Both the position numbers and the translations under genes were made by a program. A DNA stretch of 64,000 nucleotides from an uncultured Stakelama sp. (GTDB taxonomy: Bacteria; Pseudomonadota; Alphaproteobacteria; Sphingomonadales; Sphingomonadaceae): contig CAZFTL010000003.1 in NCBI GenBank assembly GCA_964521615.1, positions 240,332 through 304,331 of the forward strand, written 5' to 3'. The notes under the pieces are model-generated. The model ran no database searches. It saw only the letters and a list, made by a program, of their open reading frames with translations, and was not told where the DNA came from. Positions 27,162 through 36,338 of this stretch are shown one piece after another (position 1 is the stretch's first letter; each line of letters opens with the position of its first letter).

Positions 27162-28943
27162 ATGGCCGATCCCGCGCTCGATGCTTCCAGCCCCGGCCGC
27201 AGGCTGGGTAGTCTTAAAATGGTCTGGCATTTTGCCAGCCGCTACAAGGGCCGGGCATTGATAGCCCTGCTCGCGCTGGCCTTGTCTTCTTCGGCGACTC
27301 TCTATTTTCCGATCGCGCTGCGATCGGTGATCGATGGCGGTTTTGTCCGCAGCCGTGACATGTCGCACGTCAACCGCGTCTTCTATCAGCTGTTCGCGGT
27401 GTCTGGCGTGCTGGGGTTCGCAACTGCGGTACGGTTCTACTTCGTTTCATGGCTCGGAGAACGAACCGTTGCCGACGTCCGCATTGCGGTGCAGCGAAAC
27501 CTGCTTCGCCTGGCGCCTCGCTACTTCGAAGAAAATCGACCGTCGGAAATCGCGTCACGTCTAACTGCAGATACGGCGCAGATCGAAACGGTCGTGGGTA
27601 CCACGGCGTCGGTCATCCTGCGCAACGCCATTACCGGTATCGGCGGGATCGTCCTCATGCTGGTCTGGGCGCCCAAATTGGCGGGAATGATCCTGCTCGG
27701 CATTCCGGTCGTTCTGGGCCCCATCATGCTGATCGGCCGCCGGCTGCGGCGCTATTCCAGAACCAGTCAAGATCGCATTGCCGACATCGGAGCTATGGCC
27801 GTCGAGGTGCTATCCGCGATGAAAGTCGTTCAGGCGTTCGGACAGGAACACCGGGAAGGGACCAGGTTTGCGGGGACCGTCGAGCGCAGTTTTTCGACGG
27901 CCAAGCGACGCATTCTCCTCCGCGCGCTGTTGACCGCTTTGTTCATCACGCTCGTTTTCGGCGCCGTGACCCTGATGTTGTGGAGCACTGCCTCCGACGT
28001 GGCGGCGGGTACGCTTTCGCCGGGATCCCTGGGCGGATTCGTCCTTGCCTCCATTCTCACGACCGGCGCCTTCGCCGCGCTCAGCGATGTCTATAGCGAC
28101 CTGATCCGCGCCTCCGGGGCTGCGGAACGTCTGACCGAATTGCTCGCGGCCCAGCCGGAAATCGCGGCCCCCGCGCACCCGGCGCCGCTTCCGGATCCGG
28201 CGCGCGGCGCGATCGCGTTCGATCATGTCACCTTCCGCTATCCGACACGCCCCGACGTTTCGGCACTGGCCGATTTCTCGCTCGATGTCGCCCCAGGCGA
28301 GACGATCGCCGTTGTTGGACCGTCGGGCGCCGGCAAAACCACCCTCTTTCAGCTCATCCAGCGATTCTACGATCCGCAATCCGGGGAGGTCCGGATCGAT
28401 GGCGTCGCCCTGCCCAAGGCCGACCCCGCCGACATCCGCGGCCGCATTGCGATGGTGCCGCAAGAGACCGTGATCTTCGGCGCCTCGGCGCGCGACAATA
28501 TGCGCTACGGCGAATGGGGCGCGAGCGACGACGCGATCTGGGCGGCAGCCGAAGCTGCCAACGCCGCCGAGTTTCTGCGCAAATTGCCCGACGGGCTCGA
28601 CACGTTCCTCGGCGAAGGCGGCGCGCGTCTCTCTGGCGGCCAGCGCCAGCGCGTCGCGATCGCCCGCGCGCTGCTGCGCGACGCGCCGATCCTGCTGCTC
28701 GACGAGGCGACCAGCGCGCTCGACGCCGAGAGCGAGCGGCTGGTGCAACAGGCGCTCGAGCGGCTGATGGAGGGGCGCACGACGCTGGTCATCGCCCACC
28801 GCCTCGCCACCGTGCGCGCGGCGGGGCGAATCATCGTGATGGACGACGGCCGCATCGTCGAGGAAGGCACCCACGCGACGCTCAGCGCCAAGGGCGGGCT
28901 GTACGCCCGGCTGGCGGCGCTCCAGTTCAGCGAGGCGGCGTAA
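27162..28943 (+). CDS. ABC exporter, fused permease/ATPase (ABCB/MsbA-like)
   Basis: Six-TM N-terminal domain. Walker A GPSGAGKTT, signature LSGGQRQR, Walker B ILLLDEATSALD. Confidence 0.9.
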   Translation: MADPALDASSPGRRLGSLKMVWHFASRYKGRALIALLALALSSSATLYFPIALRSVIDGGFVRSRDMSHVNRVFYQLFAVSGVLGFATAVRFYFVSWLGERTVADVRIAVQRNLLRLAPRYFEENRPSEIASRLTADTAQIETVVGTTASVILRNAITGIGGIVLMLVWAPKLAGMILLGIPVVLGPIMLIGRRLRRYSRTSQDRIADIGAMAVEVLSAMKVVQAFGQEHREGTRFAGTVERSFSTAKRRILLRALLTALFITLVFGAVTLMLWSTASDVAAGTLSPGSLGGFVLASILTTGAFAALSDVYSDLIRASGAAERLTELLAAQPEIAAPAHPAPLPDPARGAIAFDHVTFRYPTRPDVSALADFSLDVAPGETIAVVGPSGAGKTTLFQLIQRFYDPQSGEVRIDGVALPKADPADIRGRIAMVPQETVIFGASARDNMRYGEWGASDDAIWAAAEAANAAEFLRKLPDGLDTFLGEGGARLSGGQRQRVAIARALLRDAPILLLDEATSALDAESERLVQQALERLMEGRTTLVIAHRLATVRAAGRIIVMDDGRIVEEGTHATLSAKGGLYARLAALQFSEAA

Positions 28944-28950
28944 AATATAG

Positions 28951-29120
28951 CCCCTCCCGCTTGCGGGAGGGGAGCCAAGGGGTCGGTCGTGCCCCCGGGA
29001 CGACCTGAAGCAAGCTGGGGCTTGCTTCACCCCCGGCTGGGAGGGCATGTTTCCTCCTACGCATTTGATCCCGTGTCGCGACAGGCCCTCCCCCGGCCCC
29101 TCCCGCAAGCGGGAGGGGAG
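28951..29120. repeat. Family-A hairpin/IR element
   Basis: Ends CCCCTCCCGCTTGCGGGAGGGGAG and CCCCTCCCGCAAGCGGGAGGGGAG in inverted arrangement around about 120 bp. Confidence 0.6.
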
Positions 29121-29128
29121 AGTTTGAA

Positions 29129-30292
29129 ATGGCCCGCGAGTTCGACGTTATCGTCTACGGCGCAACTGGCTTCACCGGCCGCTTGGTCGCCGAATATCTC
29201 ACCCAGAATTATCCGACAGGCGTCACCTGGGCGATGGCCGGGCGCTCGCTCTCCAAGCTCCAGGAAGTGCGCGACGGGATCGGCGCGCCGGCCGATACCA
29301 CGCTGATCGCCGCCAATTCGGACGACCCGGCCAGCCTGAGGGCGATGTGCGAACGCGCCACCGTCGTCATCACCACGGTCGGCCCCTATCAGCTTTACGG
29401 CGGCGATCTGGTCGCGGCCTGCGCCGAGACCGGCACCGCCTATGTCGATTTGTGCGGCGAACCGGCCTGGATGCGCCACATGATCGACGCGCATCAGGAT
29501 ACGGCCAGAACCACCGGCGCGCGCATCGTCTTTTCGTGCGGGTTCGACTCGATCCCGTTCGATCTCGGCGTGCTGACGCTCCAGCAATGCGCGATCGCCA
29601 AGCACGGCCGCCCCGCGCCGCGGGTGAAGGGACGTGTCCGGGTGATGAAGGGCGGTTTTTCGGGCGGTACCGCGGCGAGCCTGAGGGCGACTCTGGCCGC
29701 TGCTGCCAAGGACCCGCGCATCGTCGCCCTGCTGACCAATCCGTTCGCGCTGACGCCCGGGTTTTCCGGTCCGCACCAGCCGACGGGCCTGCTGCCCGAA
29801 TACGACAAGTCGGTGGGAGCCTGGGTCGCTCCCTTCATCATGGCGCCAATCAACACCAAGAACGTGCATCGCACCAACTTCCTGCTGGGTGAAAAATACG
29901 GCGCCGACTTCGTCTATGACGAGATGATGGTTGCCGGGCTCGGCGATCTCGGCAAGGCCGCGGCGGAAGCGATCGCCAAGGTCAATCCGCTGGCGAGCGA
30001 CAAGGGACCCAAGCCGGGCGAAGGCCCGTCCAAGGAAGAGCGCGACACCGGCCATTACGATGTGCTGTTCATCGGCGAATTCCCCGACGGCGAAGCCCGC
30101 GTCGAATGCGTCGTTACCGGCGACCGCGATCCCGGCTATGGCTCGACCAGCAAGATGATCGCCGAAGCGGCGCTTTGTCTGGTCCAGGATGTGAACGGCG
30201 AAGGCGGAATCTGGACGCCGGGCGCGCTGATGGGCGATGCGTTACGCGAACGGCTGGTCGCGAAGGCCGGCCTCACCTTCCGCAGCGGTTGA
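29129..30292 (+). CDS. Saccharopine dehydrogenase family protein (enoyl reductase-like)
   Basis: N-terminal Rossmann FDVIVYGATGFTGRLVAEYL and about 390-aa length. Confidence 0.8.
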   Translation: MAREFDVIVYGATGFTGRLVAEYLTQNYPTGVTWAMAGRSLSKLQEVRDGIGAPADTTLIAANSDDPASLRAMCERATVVITTVGPYQLYGGDLVAACAETGTAYVDLCGEPAWMRHMIDAHQDTARTTGARIVFSCGFDSIPFDLGVLTLQQCAIAKHGRPAPRVKGRVRVMKGGFSGGTAASLRATLAAAAKDPRIVALLTNPFALTPGFSGPHQPTGLLPEYDKSVGAWVAPFIMAPINTKNVHRTNFLLGEKYGADFVYDEMMVAGLGDLGKAAAEAIAKVNPLASDKGPKPGEGPSKEERDTGHYDVLFIGEFPDGEARVECVVTGDRDPGYGSTSKMIAEAALCLVQDVNGEGGIWTPGALMGDALRERLVAKAGLTFRSG

Positions 30293-30402
30293 AGATCAAG
30301 AACGCACCGACCTTGAAGCTGAGTATGGCAGCCGGTTTCCCCCTCCGCCTCCAGCGGGCGGATCGGGAGAGGACCAGCGCTCACGATTGAACGTCGAATA
30401 TC

Positions 30403-30756
30403 TTACCCGCGATAGAACATCACGGCGATCGTCGCGACGACCAGCGCGATGCCGACGCCCCACATCGCCCGACGGCGTCCGGCTTGCTGCTCGCGATAGT
30501 GATTCGCGACGAGGTCGAGCCAGTAATGACCAGGCAGCGTCTCGCGCACCACGCCGGCCTTGCGCAGCTTCATGAGTTCGGCGACGTCGCCCGGTCCGGG
30601 GTTGAAGGCGATCGCTTCCTCCGGCGCGAGGGCATGCGCCGCGATCATCGCGCGCGCGATCCGCGACCGCGTGCGCAACATCGCCGGATGAACCGGTGGT
30701 GGCCCGGATGGTCCGGGCGGTGGCATGACGCCGATCAGGTCGAGCTTGCCGCTCAT
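30403..30756 (-). CDS. Tail-anchored small protein, paralog 2 (117 aa)
   Basis: ...EEAIAFNPGPGDVAELMKLRKAGVVRETLPGHYWLDL...AGRRRAMWGVGIALVVATIAVMF aligns with the upstream gene. Its start overlaps that gene's stop. Confidence 0.5.
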   Translation of the reverse strand: MSGKLDLIGVMPPPGPSGPPPVHPAMLRTRSRIARAMIAAHALAPEEAIAFNPGPGDVAELMKLRKAGVVRETLPGHYWLDLVANHYREQQAGRRRAMWGVGIALVVATIAVMFYRG

Positions 30757-31070
30757 CCGCCGCCCGCGAGGAAACCCAGCGCAGCGCCGATCGCAACCGC
30801 AGCGCCGACGGCGATGCCGGCACGACGCCGGCGTGACTTGTTCCAGCGATCAAAAGCCGGAATATCGAGCCAGTAGGTGCCCGCCTTGCCGACGTGCATC
30901 ACGCCCTTTTCGATCAGGCTTTCGAGCAACCGCCGCTCGATGCCGCGATGCGGGACATAGGAAATGGCCTGGTCGGCCGAAACGGCGTTTTCAGTCATGA
31001 AATGCGAGACGAGTCGTCGTCGCGCTCGCGCCGCCGCCCCAGCCGCTGCACCTGCCGCCGCACCACCCAT
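30753..31070 (-). CDS. Tail-anchored small protein, paralog 1 (105 aa; alternative ATG at 30998)
   Basis: ...DQAISYVPHRGIERRLLESLIEKGVMHVGKAGTYWLDI...SRRRRAGIAVGAAVAIGAALGFL. Lies 13 nt downstream of the rnr stop. Confidence 0.5.
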   Translation of the reverse strand: MGGAAAGAAAGAAARARRRLVSHFMTENAVSADQAISYVPHRGIERRLLESLIEKGVMHVGKAGTYWLDIPAFDRWNKSRRRRAGIAVGAAVAIGAALGFLAGGG

Positions 31071-31083
31071 AGACTTTACCCCG

Positions 31084-33423
31084 CTACCGTTTCCGCCCCT
31101 GATGACGGATGTTGGCCGGACGGCCGCGCCGTTTCAAGATGCGCGGCGGCCGTTTGTCCTTTGGCGGCGCATAGCGTCCCTCGGGAAGTTCGAAGCGCAA
31201 CGCTCCGGAGACCGGGTTGGCCTCGGCCAGTCGTAGCCGCAACGTCTGGCCGATCGCATATTCGTCGCCCGAATCCTCCCCAACCAGCTTCTTCGCCGCT
31301 TCGTCGAAGCGGAAATATTCGCCGCCGAGATCGCGCACCGGCAATAGGCCGTCACCGCCGATCCCCTCGACCGTCGCGAACAAGCCGAAATTCTGGACCC
31401 CGGTGATGCGGGTCTCGACCAGCTCGCCGACCTTTTCGGCGAGATAGGCCGCGACGTACCGGTCGATCGTGTCGCGCTCCGCTTCCATCGCGCGCCGTTC
31501 GAGCCGGCTGATCGCTTCACCGATCCGTTCCATCCCCGCGGCCTCGTCGGGTGTGAGCCCGCCCGGCCCGAGGTTGTACGCTTCGACCAGCGACCGATGA
31601 ACGATCAGGTCGGCGTACCGCCGGATCGGCGAGGTGAAATGCGCGTAGCTGCCGAGCGACAGACCGAAATGGCCATGATTGGCCGGCGCGTAATAGGCCT
31701 GGGTCTGCGAGCGCAGCACCTGTTCCATGACTTGAGGCCGGAAATCCTTGTCGCCGATCCGCTCGAGGATGTGGTTGAAAGTGGCCGGCTTGATCACCTG
31801 GCCGAGCGCGAACTTGACGCCCCAGGTTTCGAGATAGTCCTTGAGCGCGACCAGCTTCTCGCGCGCGGGCGGCTCGTGCACGCGATACATGACCGGCGCC
31901 TTCTTCGCCTCGAGCGCCTTCGCCGCCGCGACGTTCGCCGCGATCATGTAATCCTCGATCAACCGGTGCGCATCGAGCCGCTCGCGCGGGGCGACCGACA
32001 GGATGCGGCCCAATTCGTCGAGCATCACCCGCCGTTCGGGGAGATCGAGATCGAGCGGTTCGCGCCTGTCGCGCGCCTTGGCCAGCGCATGCCAGCAGGA
32101 CCAGAGGGGGGAGAGGATGGCCCAAAAATCCTCCCCGGCAGGGGGAGGGGGACCACGACGCGCAGCGTCGTCGTGGAGGGGCCCCGAACCACTCGAAACG
32201 CTGTTGGCCGAGCCTCCTCCACCAACGCCTTCGGCGGCTGTCCCCCTCCCCCTGCCGGGGAGGAATTTGTCCGCCAAAGCCTGCGCATCCTCATAGGCGA
32301 TATTTGCTGCGATCCGCACGACCGCGCGAGCGAAGCGCCACGACTTGAGCGTACCGTCCTTCGCGACCTGCAAATGGCAGGCGAGCGCCGCGCGATCCTC
32401 GCCGGTCTTGAGCGAGCATATTTCCGCCGACAGGATCTCGGGGAGCATCGGCACCACCCGGTCGGGAAAATAGACCGAGTTCCCGCGGCGCCGCGCTTCC
32501 TTGTCGAGCGCCGAGCCGGGGCGGACGTAGAAGGACACGTCCGCAATCGCGACGACCGCCTTCCATCCGCCGTCATTGTTGGGATCGTCGTCGGGCGCCG
32601 CCCAGACCGCATCGTCATGGTCGCGGGCGTCGGCGGGGTCGATCGCCACGATCGGCAAGTGCGTCAGGTCCTCGCGTCCCTCGCCCAGCGGCTGTTTCGC
32701 GACCCGCTTTGCCTCGTCGAGCGCCTCCTCGCTGAACCGGTCGGGGATATCGTGTTCGTGGATCGCGATCAGCGAGAAGCTGCGTGGCGCGAAGGGATCG
32801 CCCAGCCGCTGGGTGACGCGCGCAGTAATACGGGGGGGACGCCCGGCTTTCTCCGCGAGCACCAGATCGCCCGGCTCGGCGTCGCCCGCGTCCGACACGA
32901 GATATTGCCGCCGCTCGCGCTTCTCGACCCCTTCGAGCCACAAGCGGTCGCCCTCGCGCCGCAAGACGCCGAGCATCAGCTCCTCGCCCTTGGCGAGTTG
33001 CTTCATGGGATGCGCGATCCAGCCTTTGCCAGCCTCCTCGGTCCGCGCCAGGATGCGGTCGCCGGGACCGAGTGCCGATCGCTTGCCGCGCTCGCGGACG
33101 CGCAATCGTGGCAACGGCACGCCCTCCGCCTCCCAACGTTCGGGCACTGCCCAGACGTTGCCGCCATCGTCCACGTCGGTGATCCGGAGCACGGTCACCT
33201 TGGGCAGCCCGCCCATCTTGTGGAACGCGCGGCCCGGCGCGCTGTCGATCAGGCCTTCGTCGGCCATGTCCTTGAGCAGCGCCTTGAGCGCGATCTTTTC
33301 CTGGGCGCTGAGCCCGAAGGCGCGCGCGATCTCGCGCTTGCCCGCCGGCTGGTCGGACGACGCGATGAAGTCGAGAATCTGCTGACGGGTGGGAAGGCCG
33401 GTTTTATGTTTTGGTTTTGCCAT
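31084..33423 (-). CDS. rnr: Ribonuclease R
   Basis: 779 aa with an N-terminal HTH/cold-shock region, RNB catalytic domain (IDPADARDHDDAV...), S1 domain and basic tail (KRRGRPANIRHQGRKR). Confidence 0.93.
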   Translation of the reverse strand: MAKPKHKTGLPTRQQILDFIASSDQPAGKREIARAFGLSAQEKIALKALLKDMADEGLIDSAPGRAFHKMGGLPKVTVLRITDVDDGGNVWAVPERWEAEGVPLPRLRVRERGKRSALGPGDRILARTEEAGKGWIAHPMKQLAKGEELMLGVLRREGDRLWLEGVEKRERRQYLVSDAGDAEPGDLVLAEKAGRPPRITARVTQRLGDPFAPRSFSLIAIHEHDIPDRFSEEALDEAKRVAKQPLGEGREDLTHLPIVAIDPADARDHDDAVWAAPDDDPNNDGGWKAVVAIADVSFYVRPGSALDKEARRRGNSVYFPDRVVPMLPEILSAEICSLKTGEDRAALACHLQVAKDGTLKSWRFARAVVRIAANIAYEDAQALADKFLPGRGRGTAAEGVGGGGSANSVSSGSGPLHDDAARRGPPPPAGEDFWAILSPLWSCWHALAKARDRREPLDLDLPERRVMLDELGRILSVAPRERLDAHRLIEDYMIAANVAAAKALEAKKAPVMYRVHEPPAREKLVALKDYLETWGVKFALGQVIKPATFNHILERIGDKDFRPQVMEQVLRSQTQAYYAPANHGHFGLSLGSYAHFTSPIRRYADLIVHRSLVEAYNLGPGGLTPDEAAGMERIGEAISRLERRAMEAERDTIDRYVAAYLAEKVGELVETRITGVQNFGLFATVEGIGGDGLLPVRDLGGEYFRFDEAAKKLVGEDSGDEYAIGQTLRLRLAEANPVSGALRFELPEGRYAPPKDKRPPRILKRRGRPANIRHQGRKR
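32127..32267. repeat. Family-A IR element inside the rnr reading frame (about 141 bp)
   Basis: Arms AATCCTCCCCGGCAGGGGGAGGGGGA and TCCCCCTCCCCCTGCCGGGGAGGAATT. Translated in frame as ...PGRGRGTAAEGVGGGGSANSVSSGSGPLHDDAARRGPPPPAGEDF... Confidence 0.6.
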
Positions 33424-33544
33424 TTGGGGACAAGATAGGCCGTATGGCCGATTTCGTCACCCCGGGCTTGTCGTGCGCTCCGCCGTGCCTCACACGGGCG
33501 CGACGAACAGCGCGGGGCCCGATGGGCGCCCACGCCGGGCCGGC

Positions 33545-35017
33545 ATGACGGAGTATCGAGTGACGGTGACCCACGACCTTCTCATTGCCGGCGGCGGGAT
33601 CAACGGCTGCGCAATCGCGCGCGAGGCGTCGCTGCTCGGCCTGAAGGTGCTGCTGGTCGAACGCGACGACCTTGCCAGCCACACTTCCTCGGCGTCGACG
33701 AAGTTGATCCATGGCGGGCTGCGCTATCTGGAATATTACGATTTTCGGCTGGTGTCGGAGGCATTGCGCGAGCGCGAGTTGCTGGTCCACGCCGCGCCGC
33801 ACATCATCCGCCCGCTGCGCTTCGTCCTGCCGCAGGAGAATTCGGTGCGGCCGTGGTGGATGATCCGAATCGGGCTCTATCTCTACGACATGCTCGGCGG
33901 GAAGATGAGCCTGGCGCGGTCGCGTGGGCTCAGAGCGTCGGACGCGGACTATATCGCCCCGCTCAAGGGCGGCGAGCGCGGATTCGTCTATTCGGACGCG
34001 CAGGTCGACGATTCGCGGCTGACGCTTCTCAACGCGGTAGATGCACGCGCCAATGGCGCGGAGATTTGCACGCGCGTCTCGCTCGAAACGGCGCGGCGCG
34101 ACGGCGATCGCTGGACGGCGACACTGTCGGATGGACGCGAGGTGCAGGCGCGGTCATTGATCAACGCCGCCGGTCCGTGGGTCCACCTGATGCTCGACAA
34201 GCTCGGGCTGGACGGCAAGGCGAACGTCCGGCTGGTCAAGGGCAGCCATATCGTGGTGCCGAAGCTATATGACGGCGACCATGCCTATATCCTCCAGCTC
34301 CCCGACCGTCGGATCATCTTCGCGATTCCCTGGCAGGGTGGGACGGAGATCGGTACCACCGACATCCCGGTCGACCGGCCGGAAGACGCGGTGATCACCG
34401 AAGACGAGATCGCGTATCTCTGCGAGGGCGCGAACCATCATTTCGTCAATCAGATTTCGCCCGCCGACGTGACGTTCAGCTGGTCGGGCGTGCGCCCGCT
34501 CTATGACGACGGGGCGAGCGAGGCGAAGGCGGTGACGCGCGATTATGTCCTCGAGCTCGACACCGACGGGCCGCCATTGCTCAGCGTCTTCGGCGGCAAG
34601 ATCACCACCGGGCGGCATCTCGCCGAGGATGCGATGGGCAAGCTCGCTCCGGCACTTGGCCTCGCCAAACGGCCGGTCTCGCGCGCGCGGGTGTTTCCCG
34701 GCGGCGCGATCGCCGATTTCGACCAGTTCCTGGCGCAAACGCGCGCGACCTGGCCGTTCCTCGGCGACGCGCGCTCGGCACGGATGGCGCGTGCGTACGG
34801 CACGATGCTCGGCGAGATGCTCGACGGCGTCACCGACGAAGCCGGCATGGGCGCCGACCTGGGCGGCGGGCTGACCGAGATCGAGGCACGCTGGATGCGC
34901 GACCGCGAATGGGCGAAATCGGCCAGCGATGCGCTCGACCGGCGGAGCAAAATCGGGCTGCACCTGTCGGCCGGCCAACGCGCCGCATTCGAAAAGGCGT
35001 GGGACGCGCTGACGTGA
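33545..35017 (+). CDS. glpD: FAD-dependent glycerol-3-phosphate dehydrogenase
   Basis: ATG 33545. DLLIAGGGINGCAIAREAS...HTSSASTKLIHGGLRYLE is the GlpD signature. Confidence 0.9.
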   Translation: MTEYRVTVTHDLLIAGGGINGCAIAREASLLGLKVLLVERDDLASHTSSASTKLIHGGLRYLEYYDFRLVSEALRERELLVHAAPHIIRPLRFVLPQENSVRPWWMIRIGLYLYDMLGGKMSLARSRGLRASDADYIAPLKGGERGFVYSDAQVDDSRLTLLNAVDARANGAEICTRVSLETARRDGDRWTATLSDGREVQARSLINAAGPWVHLMLDKLGLDGKANVRLVKGSHIVVPKLYDGDHAYILQLPDRRIIFAIPWQGGTEIGTTDIPVDRPEDAVITEDEIAYLCEGANHHFVNQISPADVTFSWSGVRPLYDDGASEAKAVTRDYVLELDTDGPPLLSVFGGKITTGRHLAEDAMGKLAPALGLAKRPVSRARVFPGGAIADFDQFLAQTRATWPFLGDARSARMARAYGTMLGEMLDGVTDEAGMGADLGGGLTEIEARWMRDREWAKSASDALDRRSKIGLHLSAGQRAAFEKAWDALT

Positions 35018-35949
35018 TCCGCGTCGCCGCCTTGTACCGTTTCGCCCGCTTCCCCGATCCCGCAGCGATCCGGGAGCCGTTGCTGGCCCTGTGCGAAGCG
35101 CACGGGATCAAGGGCACGTTGCTGCTCGCGCGCGAAGGGATAAACGGCACGATCGCCGGCGCGCCCGACGCGATCGACGCCGTGATCGCGCACATCCGCA
35201 CGCTGCCCGACTGCGCCGGACTGGAGGTCAAGACGGCAAGCGCCGGAACGATGCCGTTCCACCGGCTGAAGGTCCGGCTCAAGCGCGAGATCGTCACGAT
35301 GGGGATGCCCGATGTGGATCCATTGACCGGGGTCGGCCACTACGTCGCCCCGGCCGATTGGAACGCGCTGATCGAGCAGCCCGGCACGATGATCATCGAC
35401 ACGCGCAACGATTACGAGGTCAAGGTCGGCACCTTCGCCGGGGCGGTCGATCCGGAAACAGAAAGCTTCCGGGACTTTCCCGCCTGGGTCGCCGCACATC
35501 GCGAGGAGATCGCCGCCGCGCCACGCGTGGCGATGTTCTGCACCGGGGGGATACGTTGCGAGAAAGCGACCGCATTGCTCCGGGCCGAGGGGATCGATCC
35601 GGTCTATCATCTGCGGGGTGGCATCCTGAAATATCTCGAGGAGGTGCCGGCTATCGAGAGCCGCTGGCAGGGCGAGTGCTTCGTGTTCGACGAGCGCGTC
35701 GCGGTCGGGCACGACCTGACGCCAGGCACGCACAGCCTGTGCCGCGCCTGCCGGATGCCGGTCAGCGCGGCGGATCGCGCTTCGCCGCTGTACGAGGAAG
35801 GCGTGAGCTGCCCCGCCTGCCACGGCGCCCGCAACGCGACCCAACGCGCCGGCTATGCCGAACGCCATCGCCAGGCGGCGCTGGCCGAAGCACGCGGTGA
35901 AGCACATGTCGGCGCGCGCTTTCCCGGCAAGACGAAAAACCCCGCTTAG
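35014..35949 (+). CDS. trhO: Rhodanese-domain tRNA U34 hydroxylase (UPF0176/YceA family)
   Basis: GTG 35014 overlaps the glpD stop (GTGA). LLLAREGINGTIAG and rhodanese active site CTGGIRCEKA. C-terminal Cys cluster. Confidence 0.85.
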   Translation: MIRVAALYRFARFPDPAAIREPLLALCEAHGIKGTLLLAREGINGTIAGAPDAIDAVIAHIRTLPDCAGLEVKTASAGTMPFHRLKVRLKREIVTMGMPDVDPLTGVGHYVAPADWNALIEQPGTMIIDTRNDYEVKVGTFAGAVDPETESFRDFPAWVAAHREEIAAAPRVAMFCTGGIRCEKATALLRAEGIDPVYHLRGGILKYLEEVPAIESRWQGECFVFDERVAVGHDLTPGTHSLCRACRMPVSAADRASPLYEEGVSCPACHGARNATQRAGYAERHRQAALAEARGEAHVGARFPGKTKNPA

Positions 35950-36007
35950 TCAGACATTAACCGGGCTCGTTGCATAGCCGTACCAAGGGGCAGTTTGGGG
36001 CCGGGCC

Positions 36008-36319
36008 ATGGCTACGACATTTTCGCATTTTCGCCGCCGTGCGACCGACGCCGCGCTCGATCGTACGCCCGTGCTGTCGGTGACGCACGCCAGCGTGAAG
36101 CGTCAGCGCAAGGCCAACCTCCATCATTTGTCGATTTACGGTTGCCGGCTCGCCAGCGGGATCGAGGCCGCGGAGGGTGAAGCGCTGATGGTACGCTTCG
36201 ACCGCGACGCGCCGATCGCGGCAACCGTAGTGTGGTGCGAGAATGGCGTCATCGCGGCCCGCTTCGACCAGCCGATCGAACGCGACATGATGCGTGCGCT
36301 GAGCCAGCGCCTCAGCTGA
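36008..36319 (+). CDS. PilZ domain-like small protein
   Basis: 103 aa with a beta-barrel-type pattern (NLHHLSIYGCRLASG...ATVVWCENGVIAARF). I do not see a canonical RxxxR motif. Confidence 0.6.
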   Translation: MATTFSHFRRRATDAALDRTPVLSVTHASVKRQRKANLHHLSIYGCRLASGIEAAEGEALMVRFDRDAPIAATVVWCENGVIAARFDQPIERDMMRALSQRLS

Positions 36320-36338
36320 TCGGCCTCGGCCGACCGCC

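Noticed and set aside
33447-33549. A confident family-B repeat call upstream of glpD, overlapping its start codon
   Set aside because: The arms are much more degenerate than at 25601 and 37736. It is mentioned in a finding but not listed as a feature.
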